In this document: piece after piece, positions 51,064 to 61,113 of the stretch
Numbering within the stretch: the stretch's first letter is position 1
Layout of the letters: each line of letters opens with the position of its first letter
IMG/VR virus record: IMGVR_UViG_3300027833_000038
Length of the DNA: 64,000 bases
Origin: an uncultured virus (IMG/VR IMGVR_UViG_3300027833_000038)
Lineage: Duplodnaviria; Heunggongvirae; Uroviricota; Caudoviricetes; Crassvirales
Direction: 5' to 3' (one strand)
The notes under the pieces: generated by a model
Seen by the model: only the letters and a program-made list of their open reading frames with translations
Databases searched by the model: none
Told to the model about the DNA's origin: nothing
Translations under genes and position numbers: made by a program

Positions 51064-51804
51064 ATGGCACAAAATAGCAATGAAACATTAGGGTTCAGTG
51101 AACTAAATAAAGGCTGGACATCATTTTATTCTTTTATTCCTGAAGAAATGGTTAATATTAAATCAGACTTCTTTACATTTAAGAACGGTAATGTGTACAA
51201 ACACAACATAAAAGGCGCCAGCAGAAACACTTTTTATGGGCAAGTGTACCCTAGCATAATCGAAACTTTAATAAATCAAGACCCAGAAACCGTAAAAAAC
51301 TTTAGAACACTCAACTTAGAGGGTTCTTCTGGATTTTGGAGGGTAGAAATGACTACTGATTTAGATAAGGGTGGAGCAACTCACGCAGATTTTGAGGAAA
51401 GAGAAAGGTTATTTAAAGCTCACATAAGAACAGATAGAGACGATTCTTTAAATACAGACAGACTTACAGTTCAAGGATTAGGTACTTTAATATCTAGACA
51501 GGATACTAGTTTGTTTTTTAGGTTTATAGATAATGCTATTGAACAAGGGGATTTAGTTTACCAAATATATGCAGATAAATACGAGTTTCTTGGAGAGATA
51601 AAATCGGTTTTTGATAACTACATTTTACTTGATGGAATAAGAAAAGACGTGAAGCTAGGTCAATTTTGCTTTGTTAGCAAAGACCCTGTTATTGAAAGTT
51701 ATGGATTAAAAGGATATTTTAGTAGTGTTGTATTAACTAGCTATGAGTCTACAGATATGGAGTTGTTTGCTGTTAGTACGGAAGTAACCCAAAGTAGTAT
51801 TTAA
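51064..51804 (+). CDS. Probable C-terminal part of tail hub/stabilisation protein
   Basis: TLGFSE..KGWTSFYSFIPE, NTFYG, KNFRTLNLEG, GLKGYF. Confidence 0.65.
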   Translation: MAQNSNETLGFSELNKGWTSFYSFIPEEMVNIKSDFFTFKNGNVYKHNIKGASRNTFYGQVYPSIIETLINQDPETVKNFRTLNLEGSSGFWRVEMTTDLDKGGATHADFEERERLFKAHIRTDRDDSLNTDRLTVQGLGTLISRQDTSLFFRFIDNAIEQGDLVYQIYADKYEFLGEIKSVFDNYILLDGIRKDVKLGQFCFVSKDPVIESYGLKGYFSSVVLTSYESTDMELFAVSTEVTQSSI

Positions 51805-51813
51805 TAAAATTAA

Positions 51814-52233
51814 ATGAAATTAAAATTAAGAAGATTAGAGGAGTCTGATTACGACACCTTAGTTACTTGGTGGAAAGATTGGAAGTGGGAAGCCCCACCT
51901 AGAGACTTTTTACCAGAAAACGGAACTGGAGGCTTTATGGTCTCTAACAATGATAGTGATATTTGTGCAGGTTTTATATATCTTACAAATTCAAAAATTG
52001 CTTGGATTGAGTTTATAATTTCTGATAAGCAATACAAAGAAGAGGATAGGAATGAAGCTATTCAATTCTTAATAAACAGTTTGTCTAGTGTAGCCGAAGA
52101 AACGGGTGCTAAATATGGATACGCTATTTTAAAAAATAAAAGTCTCATGAAGTATTATGAGGAAGCTAATTTTACAGTAACAAGTGATAAAAACACTGAA
52201 ATGATAACAATATGGCAGCAGCAACAACAGTAG
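51814..52233 (+). CDS. GNAT-like protein preceding ejection proteins
   Basis: LRRLEESDY..L..WW, ICAGFIY, AWIEFI. Confidence 0.55.
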   Translation: MKLKLRRLEESDYDTLVTWWKDWKWEAPPRDFLPENGTGGFMVSNNDSDICAGFIYLTNSKIAWIEFIISDKQYKEEDRNEAIQFLINSLSSVAEETGAKYGYAILKNKSLMKYYEEANFTVTSDKNTEMITIWQQQQQ

Positions 52234-52790
52234 CTTTAGTAGGCGCAGGAGTAGGACTTTTAGCAGGAGGAGCGCAAGCAGTCTCTGGTGCAGTTCGTTC
52301 TAAAAGAGCAAAAAGAGATTTAGAAAATTACGAAAGACAAGAGGTTACCGACTTGGCAGACAACTTGCGTGTATCTACCCTAGGGGCAGAGCAGCAACAA
52401 GAAGGTCTTGCTCAAAGCGAGTCTACAGCAATAGAAGCCTTACAATCTTCTGGAGCTCGTGGAGTTATAGGGGGTGTTTCTAAAGTTCAGAAGAACAGAG
52501 CTCAAGCTGAACAAGGAATTGCAGCAGGATTAGACCAGCAAATGACTAATATACAGCAAATACAATATCAAGATAAGGTAAGACAGTTTAACACTACCGA
52601 AGGCAGACAAAACCAAGAAATAGCTGGAATGGCTGCTGAGATGCAGGCAGGAAGAGCTGCTGTACAGAACGGGCTAGGAACAATGGCTGGTGCTGTTACT
52701 TCTGGAGCTTCGTCTTATGCTTCAGCAGCAGGAGTTAAAGGAGCAGCCAAGCCGTTTACGGGAGGTAACACACTTTTTAAAGATTCATAA
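52212..52790 (+). CDS. Internal virion/ejection protein (small)
   Basis: Gly/Ala-rich hydrophobic N-terminus, Gln-rich helices. Confidence 0.65.
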   Translation: MAAATTVALVGAGVGLLAGGAQAVSGAVRSKRAKRDLENYERQEVTDLADNLRVSTLGAEQQQEGLAQSESTAIEALQSSGARGVIGGVSKVQKNRAQAEQGIAAGLDQQMTNIQQIQYQDKVRQFNTTEGRQNQEIAGMAAEMQAGRAAVQNGLGTMAGAVTSGASSYASAAGVKGAAKPFTGGNTLFKDS

Positions 52791-52799
52791 ACAATAATT

Positions 52800-54224
52800 A
52801 TGGCAAAAGGAGCATACTATGCAGGAATGGCTACAGCGCCTCAAGTAAAGCCAGCGGATTTTTTAACTCCACTGACAAACATGTTTGAGAGGCTTACCCA
52901 GCAAAGCATAAACAGGAGAAAAGAACAACAGGCTGCTGAAAAGGAAAACGCTAAGTTTTCTTTAAGTCAGCAAGGACGATTAGAGGATGTAGTTAATTCT
53001 ACTAGCTTTAAAGGTTTTGGTATAGACCAGCTTGATATGGCTTCAAAGTCATACACTGGATATGTAGACGAGAATTTTAAAAAAGCAAACGCTGATTTCA
53101 ATGCAGGTCTTATAAGTAAAAGCCAGTTAAGCTCTATTACTGCTAACCTAATGAACTCATCAAGGTCAGTTCAGAATTTAGGAAACAGTATTAATGGGTT
53201 TATGCAAACAAACTCAAAGCTTGAAATGGAGGGAAAGGATTCTCACTATAACGATTTAGTTATGAGTTTTATAGGAGACCTAGGAAACAATGTAAGGTTT
53301 GACACAAATTCTTCTGGAGGCATTTCTTTAATTACAGTTGGAGAAGATGGCGTAGAAAAAAAACTTCCAGCAAATCAAATTAAAAACTTTCTACAACCTA
53401 GAGCAGCTACAGATATGGATGCAGTTTTAGAAGACATTGTTACACAATCAAAGCCAAATCAATATGATTTAGGTGGTTCTATAGGTTTTAGATATTTAGA
53501 AAATGGAAGCATAACTCAAAATCAATCAAACCAATTAACCAAAAGACTTTTAAATTTTTCTCCCGAAGAAATATACGATGCATCTGTAAGAGCAGGAATA
53601 GTGGGAGACAATGAAGGTCAAATTAATGTGTTAACTGATTTTGCAAATGAAGGAGAAATAACAGAAGCAAATCTCGATTCAATGAGACAAAGGCTTGGAC
53701 TTTATGCTGCCGAAAGTTTAACTGAAAAATTCCAAAATGCAGAGTCTAATGTAGCTAAAAAGGTATCAGTTACAAAGCCCACTTCTTATGCTAATTTTGA
53801 TAACAATACAGGAACGTATTCTTACAAAAAAGGAGCACAAACTTCTGTTTTAATTCGGTCTGGATTTACAGGAAATGATATGGTAAATGATTCTCCTACG
53901 GGAAAGACAAACGATGTTCCTCCAAATTCTTATGTTTCTGACGTTAGACTAACTCCTTATGGTTTAGAAGTATGGGGTGTTCAGATAGTAAACAAAAAAA
54001 CTGGAAACATTATGGATTTAATGAATGCTTCTAGTCTTTCTGATTTAGAGGTAGAATCTGCTGGAGGAACTAGAAAAAACTTTCACAAAGTAATAGACCC
54101 TAATAGCAATGGAGTGGCTATTTCTCAATTACAAAGAGTATTTGGATTTAGCACCGATGACTATAAAAACACCTTAGATTTAGATATTACAACAGCACCC
54201 CCTAAAGGGAAATACGACAAATAG
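52800..54224 (+). CDS. Internal virion/ejection protein
   Basis: Position in ejection triad. Confidence 0.55.
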   Translation: MAKGAYYAGMATAPQVKPADFLTPLTNMFERLTQQSINRRKEQQAAEKENAKFSLSQQGRLEDVVNSTSFKGFGIDQLDMASKSYTGYVDENFKKANADFNAGLISKSQLSSITANLMNSSRSVQNLGNSINGFMQTNSKLEMEGKDSHYNDLVMSFIGDLGNNVRFDTNSSGGISLITVGEDGVEKKLPANQIKNFLQPRAATDMDAVLEDIVTQSKPNQYDLGGSIGFRYLENGSITQNQSNQLTKRLLNFSPEEIYDASVRAGIVGDNEGQINVLTDFANEGEITEANLDSMRQRLGLYAAESLTEKFQNAESNVAKKVSVTKPTSYANFDNNTGTYSYKKGAQTSVLIRSGFTGNDMVNDSPTGKTNDVPPNSYVSDVRLTPYGLEVWGVQIVNKKTGNIMDLMNASSLSDLEVESAGGTRKNFHKVIDPNSNGVAISQLQRVFGFSTDDYKNTLDLDITTAPPKGKYDK

Positions 54225-54225
54225 T

Positions 54226-57200
54226 ATGGATAATGTTGAAGAGTTATATAACGGTCTGATAGAAGACGGAAGTCTAACAGCAGAAAATACTTCTTTAGAA
54301 AAATTTAGAGTAGACTTACAAGATGAGGGGTATGCTGAAGAGCTATATAATGGACTTTATGACTCTAAGGATTACACTTTAGATTACGGTAGTTTTGTTG
54401 AGACTTATTCTACACCAAAAAACATAGACCCTCTTGATACTAAAGCCGATACTGGAGATAAGCCTAATATAATGTTGCAGGATTTCTCTTTATCTGATGA
54501 ACTTTTTAATGATAGTGAGGAAGTTAAGTCTCAGTTTAGAACTTTTTATAACTGGCAAGGTAAACTTGAAGTTGAAGAGGATAAAGATGGTCAGTTTTTA
54601 AAAGGAGCCTTTGGCGAGTTTATCAACATGATGCCTATGGGCGATTGGATTGACGACCAAGCTAGAGCTTTTAGTTCTGGAAGGGAAGATGTTGATGTGC
54701 AGGAAACTGGAAATGAAATAATGAATCAGCATTTTGCAGGAAACAAAATAAGCGTTGACCAAGCAAACGAAATGCTTAAACAGCTATATGAAAGTCAAAG
54801 TACTCCTCGCTCTCAGGAAGTTGAAAACTTTGAAAATATTTTGGTTGAAAATGGTATGGACGGTTTTGCTGCTGTAAAAGCTATATATGAAGAGCCTAGC
54901 GCTGCAATGGAATATGTTACTCGAAGCATATCATCCATGATTAACTGGGATAATGCTGGAGTTGCGGCAGCTACTATGGGCACTATGACTGCTGGAGGTG
55001 CAATGATAGGGGGTCCTGTTGGAGCTTTATCTGGATTTTTAACATCAATACCTGCTGCTATGGCTGCTGCTGGAGCCAATACCGATATGGGTATGTCTTA
55101 CGCTAATTTTTTTGCAGAAGAACTTGGAGAAGACTATACTAGAGAAGATTTAAAAGCTCTTATAGAAGACCAAGACAGAATGGATAACATAGAGAACAAG
55201 GCGTTAGCTAGAGGTGTTTCGATTGCTGCTGTTTCAGCTTTTACAGCAGGCATAGGGGCTAATGTAGCTGCTAATGTTTTTAGAAACGGAAGAAGAGGTA
55301 TTAGAGCAAGTGCAGAAGCTTTTGCTAGAGTAACTCCTTTATCTATGGCTGGCGGAGCTACTGGAGAAGCTTTAGCTCAAACTACTTCAGGTCAAGATTT
55401 TAGCGGAGCAGAGGTTGTTTTAGAGGGACTTTTAGACCCTATCGGAAGCATTGGAACTACTATAGGTGGTTTTGGACAAGCTATAGCTTCTGCACCATCT
55501 TACAAAATAAACGGAGGTGGTACTACAAAAGCAGAGTTCATTAGGAGATTTAATTCAATGACTGACGAGCAAGCTAAAAGAGCTTCGTTTGAAGTAAACA
55601 ATGATGAGGACACTTTCAGCGTAATAGATGACAGGTTAGGTTCTTTAAAAGTTAGAGAAGAAATTAAAAAAGTCTATGGAGACATGGACGAAGAGCAAAT
55701 AACAAGATTAAGTAGCTTAGAAGCAGAAAAGAAAAAAGTTTCAAAGCTTAATTCTGAGACAGCTAAAAAAAGAGCAGCAGAAATAAACCAGGAAATTGAT
55801 GAGGTTGTAAACATTTATAAAACAAAAAGAGATGTTATTGGTGTTTTATCTGCTCCTTATTATGATTTAAATATAACGAGTGTTGAGGATGCTCAATCTA
55901 AAAGAAAAACTAAAGAATACAAGTCATACATAAACAAGGCTAAAAGATTAGCTGAAACAATGAACCTAACGGTTTCAGATGTAAACGATGGCATTGGAGG
56001 TTACTTCCTAGATGATGGAACCTATCTTCAGGAATTATCTTCAGAGGTTTATTTAGAAGGCGCTACCTATGAGCAAGCTATCGAATATGCTTCTATTTTA
56101 GGAGCTATAACTCCTGAAACTCAAGAAAGCACTATAGCAGGTATGATAGTGGGTCCTGGAGAGGGAGATGCAGGTAAATTTACTTTTGCAATAGAAGATA
56201 ATAGTGTACTAGAAGACGTTAGAAGTGCTCTTGATGAGCTTAAAATTGAGTATTCAATGAATACTGATACAGGGGAGATAGGAATTATTGACTTTTCTAA
56301 TGGAGATGATGTTGAACTTAACGAAAAACTTGGTATCTTTGTAGAGGTACTGGAAAAAAACCAAATAAATCATGAGCAAAAATCTGAGAGAATCCGTTCA
56401 AAGTATATTGGCGCAAAAGACAGGGCTGACAACTTACAACAAATTAAAGAATCTTCCGATAAGTACGGAAAGAATGGGGAAAGCATTCGTTACATCGCCG
56501 AAAAAGCAGAGCAAAGGAACGAAGAATACTTAGGAAATAAGACTCCTCCTCCTCCTGAAGAAACTCCAAGCCTAGAGCCAGTAGTTGTAAGAACTAATGT
56601 CAGAAAAATATATGACGCTTTAGGACAAAAGAAAGCCATCAAAAAAGTAAGAAGGTTTTTCTTAGAAACTTTTTATAGCGGTGGCGGATTAGATTCTAAA
56701 TCCGAAGAAATAATAAGAGCCTTTAGAAGAAAAGGAACTGCAACGCAAAATTTCTTAAAAACAGAGTCAGCTATATTTGAGGCTCAATTTGAGTTGGACA
56801 CAAAAAAAATGTCTACTTCAGATGCTATGCTTTACAAGACAGCAATAAACGACTATCTATCAGGAAAAACAGACATTGAACTTTCTCCAGAAATGAAACC
56901 AGTTCTTGATGAGATGCGTTCACAGATTGACCAAAGAACAAACATACTGTTAGGATTGCTAAAGGAAAAGGGTAGACCTGGACCTGAGCTTGACCAGTTA
57001 ATAGAAACTTTAGAAAACAACAAAGGTTCTTATTTACATAGAGCATATTCTGCTTTTAAAGATTTAAGCTACATGGAAGAGCTTCTTTCTGACCCATCAA
57101 TGGCTCGTTCTGAAATAAATGAAACTTATGATTTGCTAGTTGCTGAGACAGCAATGGACCAAGGAATTACTGTTGATGAAGCAAAAGATTTAGTTGACCA

Positions 57201-59700
57201 ATATATTGCGGACACCTTTAGTTCCCCAGACAGAGGAACTCATATAGCATCTTTGGCTGATGGAAAAATATCTTCTCCATTTTTAAAAAAGAAAAATAAA
57301 AATCTTTCTGATACTTTTAGAAAATTCTTAGGGGAAATAGATGACCCTTTATTTAATTATGTAAACACAATTGAGAAAGTTTCTGGATATGTTGCTTCTG
57401 TTGAATACCAATCAAAGCTTTCAGATTTTTTAAAAGAAAGTGGTATTGCTACAACCAAACCTAACAGAGACTCGGGAAGAACAAATCAACTTCAACTAGG
57501 AGCAAAAGGTCTTAATGTATTAGATAAGCTTTACGTGGACCTAGACTTTATAGAAGCTTTTGAATCAATTCAAAGACTAGCTCCTATTGAGGGCTCTTTA
57601 AAATATTTAGTTGCAGCTCAAGGAATAACTAAATATGGTAAAACAATTTTGTCTCCTACTACAACGGCAAGAAACTACATTTCAGGTTCTTTAATAACCC
57701 TGATGAATGGAGAAAACATATTAAATCCAGCAAATTGGAAAAAGGCTTCTAGAGCAGCTAAGTTAGCTTGGAACAGTCCTAAGAATCCTAAAGAAATTAA
57801 AGCCGAAGTACAAAGACTTATAGAACATGGAGTCTTACAGGATGGAGGTAGAGCTCAGGAGGTAATGATGATTCTTAATGATATATATGCACTAGAATCA
57901 AAAAGAAGAACAGACGGTTTAAGCACTGAGGGAATGAGAAAGTTTAATGATGCCGTGACTAAGATATATCAGTTCGGAGATGATTACTTTAAAACATTTG
58001 CTTTTTATGAAAAGAGAGATGCCTTTATGAGAGAGGGTATGTCTCTTGAAGAAGCCGAAGAAATAGCTGCCTACAGAGTAAGAAAAGGTCAACCAACTTA
58101 CTCCGAGCTTCCAAAAAACATGAGGAGCTTGAGAAGATTTCCCCTTACAGGAACGTTTGTTTCATTCCCTTATTTAATTACAAAAGCACATAAAGAAAAC
58201 TTAATGTTTATTGCTGAAGATTTTAAAGCAGGAAGAACAAAAATGGCTGCAAAAAGTTTAGCTAATTATGCTGCATCTGTCGCTATACCATACGGAATTG
58301 CTGAGGGAATGAAATCGGCACTTGGAGTTTCTGACGAAGAGGATAAAGCTTTGAAAGACATGGCTCCAAAATATTATAAAGATGCGCAGTTTATATATAC
58401 ATCAAAAGACGAAGAGACCAACGAGTTAACTTATTTTGATGTAAACTCAATAGCACCTTCAGCTCAAATAGTACAGGGATTAACTATATTGGCTCAAGAC
58501 AGACATGGAAGAAATCTTTCAGACAAAATAGGAGAGTCAGTTATGTCTCAATTAAAGCCATACGTTAGTTTAGATTTATTAGTAAATACTGGAACTGCTG
58601 TTATGTCTGGTAAAGACCCTAACAGTGGTAAAAATATTGGAGAAGATACTTACGACAGATTAAAGTGGGGTGTAAATAACATATCTCCTGGAGTAGTAAG
58701 AAATTTAGCGAACATAGCACGTTCTCAAGGATGGTTCGAGTTAGATGAAATAAATAAATTTACAGGAAAGAAATATACTTTAGAAGATGAACTTGCAGCA
58801 TTGCTTGGTCTTAGGTTTCAAACAACAAACTGGAATTTACAACTTCAGAGCTACGCAAAAGGTCAAAGCATTGATTTTGCTAATGATGTTAAAGGTCAGC
58901 TCAGAGACGTAAAATCACAACAAAAAATTCCACTACAAGAGGTTAGTATGATTGTTTCTGATATGTACGAAAAAGATGCAGAGTACAGTGGTAATTTATT
59001 ACATCAAATTGAAGTAGCTAGAAAACAAAATTTAACTGAATCTGAAATAGTTGACGCTTTGTCTGCTGCTGGAATAAGAGCTAATGATATAAACTCACTA
59101 ATGAAGGGAGAGTTTATGGAGCTTAAAGGAATAGGAACTGAAGTATACAAGAAAGAGATAGAATCTTTAAGCAGTAGACCAGACCTAGCCGACAACATGA
59201 AAAGAAATTTAGATACTTATCAGTATTTAGTTGGAGAAAGAAATGCTGACGGTAGAGCAAAAACTGACTTATATAAGCTATATGTTTCTGGAGCTGATGA
59301 TACAGTTGTTTTAGATAGAATCAAAAAAGCTTCTAAAAACATTTACAAAAGAAGTAAAACTCAAATAGGTTTTGATGAAAATGCGTTTACTCAAAAAGAT
59401 ATTGCTGATGCGGAAAATGTCTCTGTAAAAAGATATTTTAATATATACAAAGGATATAAAACTTTAGGTGAGAGTCCTAAACTTAGCAACCTTCCCATAA
59501 GCGCTAAAGCTACTATTGATATGATTTATGAAAAAGACCCTGAAATACAGTCGTTTTTATTTCATAAATTTTTAGATGGAAAAACTGATGATAAATCTAT
59601 AAACGGCTTAAACACATTGTACAAGTCTATAACAGGAAAAAATATGTCTAAGACAGTTCTTGAGTTACTTGTGTATAGAATCAAACAGGATAAAAAATAA
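54226..59700 (+). CDS. Large internal virion/ejection protein (1824 aa)
   Basis: Size, Gly/Ala hydrophobic segments, last gene of virion block. Confidence 0.65.
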   Translation: MDNVEELYNGLIEDGSLTAENTSLEKFRVDLQDEGYAEELYNGLYDSKDYTLDYGSFVETYSTPKNIDPLDTKADTGDKPNIMLQDFSLSDELFNDSEEVKSQFRTFYNWQGKLEVEEDKDGQFLKGAFGEFINMMPMGDWIDDQARAFSSGREDVDVQETGNEIMNQHFAGNKISVDQANEMLKQLYESQSTPRSQEVENFENILVENGMDGFAAVKAIYEEPSAAMEYVTRSISSMINWDNAGVAAATMGTMTAGGAMIGGPVGALSGFLTSIPAAMAAAGANTDMGMSYANFFAEELGEDYTREDLKALIEDQDRMDNIENKALARGVSIAAVSAFTAGIGANVAANVFRNGRRGIRASAEAFARVTPLSMAGGATGEALAQTTSGQDFSGAEVVLEGLLDPIGSIGTTIGGFGQAIASAPSYKINGGGTTKAEFIRRFNSMTDEQAKRASFEVNNDEDTFSVIDDRLGSLKVREEIKKVYGDMDEEQITRLSSLEAEKKKVSKLNSETAKKRAAEINQEIDEVVNIYKTKRDVIGVLSAPYYDLNITSVEDAQSKRKTKEYKSYINKAKRLAETMNLTVSDVNDGIGGYFLDDGTYLQELSSEVYLEGATYEQAIEYASILGAITPETQESTIAGMIVGPGEGDAGKFTFAIEDNSVLEDVRSALDELKIEYSMNTDTGEIGIIDFSNGDDVELNEKLGIFVEVLEKNQINHEQKSERIRSKYIGAKDRADNLQQIKESSDKYGKNGESIRYIAEKAEQRNEEYLGNKTPPPPEETPSLEPVVVRTNVRKIYDALGQKKAIKKVRRFFLETFYSGGGLDSKSEEIIRAFRRKGTATQNFLKTESAIFEAQFELDTKKMSTSDAMLYKTAINDYLSGKTDIELSPEMKPVLDEMRSQIDQRTNILLGLLKEKGRPGPELDQLIETLENNKGSYLHRAYSAFKDLSYMEELLSDPSMARSEINETYDLLVAETAMDQGITVDEAKDLVDQYIADTFSSPDRGTHIASLADGKISSPFLKKKNKNLSDTFRKFLGEIDDPLFNYVNTIEKVSGYVASVEYQSKLSDFLKESGIATTKPNRDSGRTNQLQLGAKGLNVLDKLYVDLDFIEAFESIQRLAPIEGSLKYLVAAQGITKYGKTILSPTTTARNYISGSLITLMNGENILNPANWKKASRAAKLAWNSPKNPKEIKAEVQRLIEHGVLQDGGRAQEVMMILNDIYALESKRRTDGLSTEGMRKFNDAVTKIYQFGDDYFKTFAFYEKRDAFMREGMSLEEAEEIAAYRVRKGQPTYSELPKNMRSLRRFPLTGTFVSFPYLITKAHKENLMFIAEDFKAGRTKMAAKSLANYAASVAIPYGIAEGMKSALGVSDEEDKALKDMAPKYYKDAQFIYTSKDEETNELTYFDVNSIAPSAQIVQGLTILAQDRHGRNLSDKIGESVMSQLKPYVSLDLLVNTGTAVMSGKDPNSGKNIGEDTYDRLKWGVNNISPGVVRNLANIARSQGWFELDEINKFTGKKYTLEDELAALLGLRFQTTNWNLQLQSYAKGQSIDFANDVKGQLRDVKSQQKIPLQEVSMIVSDMYEKDAEYSGNLLHQIEVARKQNLTESEIVDALSAAGIRANDINSLMKGEFMELKGIGTEVYKKEIESLSSRPDLADNMKRNLDTYQYLVGERNADGRAKTDLYKLYVSGADDTVVLDRIKKASKNIYKRSKTQIGFDENAFTQKDIADAENVSVKRYFNIYKGYKTLGESPKLSNLPISAKATIDMIYEKDPEIQSFLFHKFLDGKTDDKSINGLNTLYKSITGKNMSKTVLELLVYRIKQDKK

Positions 59701-59733
59701 AAAAGCCTCACGGTGTTACGAATGAGGCTTTTT
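59697..59733. terminator. Bidirectional intrinsic terminator
   Basis: AAAAAGCCTCA-12nt-TGAGGCTTTTT between convergent units. Confidence 0.8.
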
Positions 59734-59785
59734 ACACGTAATGAAAAAAATTAATAAAGGTTTATTAAAGTTCCACTTGTCAATC
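59697..59785 (-). ncRNA. Candidate trans-acting antisense sRNA (~90 nt)
   Basis: TAGTTTTG -7 at 59797-59790; ends at terminator; contains 20-nt complement of start region of gene 2850-3338. Confidence 0.5.
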
Positions 59786-59794
59786 AATACAAAA

Positions 59795-60247
59795 CTACAA
59801 CTTATTTTTGATTAATTCTACAGTCTTGTCACAATCTTTTTGATTTCTTGGCATATATAGGTCTGCATGTATTTCACTATCATGCAAAAACTTCTTAAAC
59901 AACTTCCATCTTAAAGGAAAAGCTTCGTTTGGATTGCCCTTTGTTTCTATTATATATCTGGGAGGATACTCTTTGTCTACAAAATCTGGCGTATACTTAA
60001 TTGGTAGTATTTTTTTATTTCCCCTATTGTTTAATTCTTTCTGAGCTTTTGTCTTTTCATAAGAAATATTGTCTGAAAAAAACCCGTCCACAACAACATA
60101 AGTTTGACCTTCATACACAAAAGGTATTTTAGCTTTCTTAAGGGCTCTGTACATATATAATTCAAGTTTACTAGCAAACGACACCCCATCCTCGGTAACC
60201 TTCTTAGACCTCGTTATTTGCCTTTTACCCTTCTTTCTTTTAATCAT
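59795..60247 (-). CDS. PD-(D/E)XK endonuclease (T7 endonuclease I/DUF1064-like resolvase)
   Basis: FASKLE, YTPDF, IIETKG. Confidence 0.8.
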   Translation of the reverse strand: MIKRKKGKRQITRSKKVTEDGVSFASKLELYMYRALKKAKIPFVYEGQTYVVVDGFFSDNISYEKTKAQKELNNRGNKKILPIKYTPDFVDKEYPPRYIIETKGNPNEAFPLRWKLFKKFLHDSEIHADLYMPRNQKDCDKTVELIKNKL

Positions 60248-60686
60248 CTACATCTTCTATTTTATGTACAACAAAACCAAGCATTGTAAACTCTTCATGA
60301 GCTTTTTCTTTGCTCTGGCTATACAGTGTAGCCTCGTGATAAATTAACTCTTTGTTTTGATTAAACGTTTTTGTGGTTACAATGTACTTACGATATCCAT
60401 CTATATCATTCCAGTACAACATTTCCCTTAAATCATTAGCAAATCCTGGAAAGTTTCCACAACACCAAAGAGCCTCTTCATTTGTGCACTCAAGTATTTT
60501 AGCTAATGCAAAAACTGATTCTTCTGGATATCTTATAATTTCTACTGCACCATCTGAAGCGTCTAATTCTACATAGAAAAAATGCTGTTGCAAGTCAAAG
60601 CCTTGAGCCATCATTTCCTCCACATACTCTTTAATTATTTCTTTCTCCCAATCATCGGGACTTCTACTATATAGCAATCTAGACAT
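60240..60686 (-). CDS. Hypothetical protein
   Basis: 148 aa; TATATTTG at 60699-60692 directly upstream. Confidence 0.65.
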   Translation of the reverse strand: MSRLLYSRSPDDWEKEIIKEYVEEMMAQGFDLQQHFFYVELDASDGAVEIIRYPEESVFALAKILECTNEEALWCCGNFPGFANDLREMLYWNDIDGYRKYIVTTKTFNQNKELIYHEATLYSQSKEKAHEEFTMLGFVVHKIEDVDD

Positions 60687-60717
60687 AATACCAAATATAC
60701 AAAATACAAGTATTATG

Positions 60718-61113
60718 TTAGTGTAGGCAACTCTTAAGTTTCTCTATATTATGTTTGTCTGCTATCTGAATAAGAAACTCTTTAACTGACGCTTCATGGT
60801 TATGAGTTTTTGACTTCCTATAGATACTTGTTGTGCTGCAATTAATCATATTAATTATTTCAGAAGCATTCGTATTGTGCTCACAGTAAGCTACCCAACA
60901 GGGTCCATTAGTCTTTTCCCAAGAATCAGCTATTCTTTCAAACAAAAGTTTTTGACCTATAGGAACTGCAACACCTTTCTTTTTTACCTCAAAGATTATA
61001 AGATATTTATTATCAAATTCAAGCAAAGCATCTAGGTCGCTAGGATGTATTTTTTCATTCCCAACTCCGCTAAAGTCTATAACCTGACTGATTCTGTTTT
61101 TATATTTTATCAA
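60718..61113 (-). CDS. PD-(D/E)XK-like protein (likely TTG start)
   Basis: PSDLDALLE...IIFEVK...GQK; TTGA overlap with upstream stop. Confidence 0.55.
   Translation of the reverse strand: MIKYKNRISQVIDFSGVGNEKIHPSDLDALLEFDNKYLIIFEVKKKGVAVPIGQKLLFERIADSWEKTNGPCWVAYCEHNTNASEIINMINCSTTSIYRKSKTHNHEASVKEFLIQIADKHNIEKLKSCLH

Noticed and set aside
54226..59700. crAss-type virion RNA polymerase
   Set aside because: No DxDxD-type catalytic motif recognised
59741..59815. 24-aa plus-strand ORF MKKINKGLLK...
   Set aside because: Lies downstream of the terminator with no promoter and overlaps a convergent gene; better explained by the antisense RNA model, though not excluded
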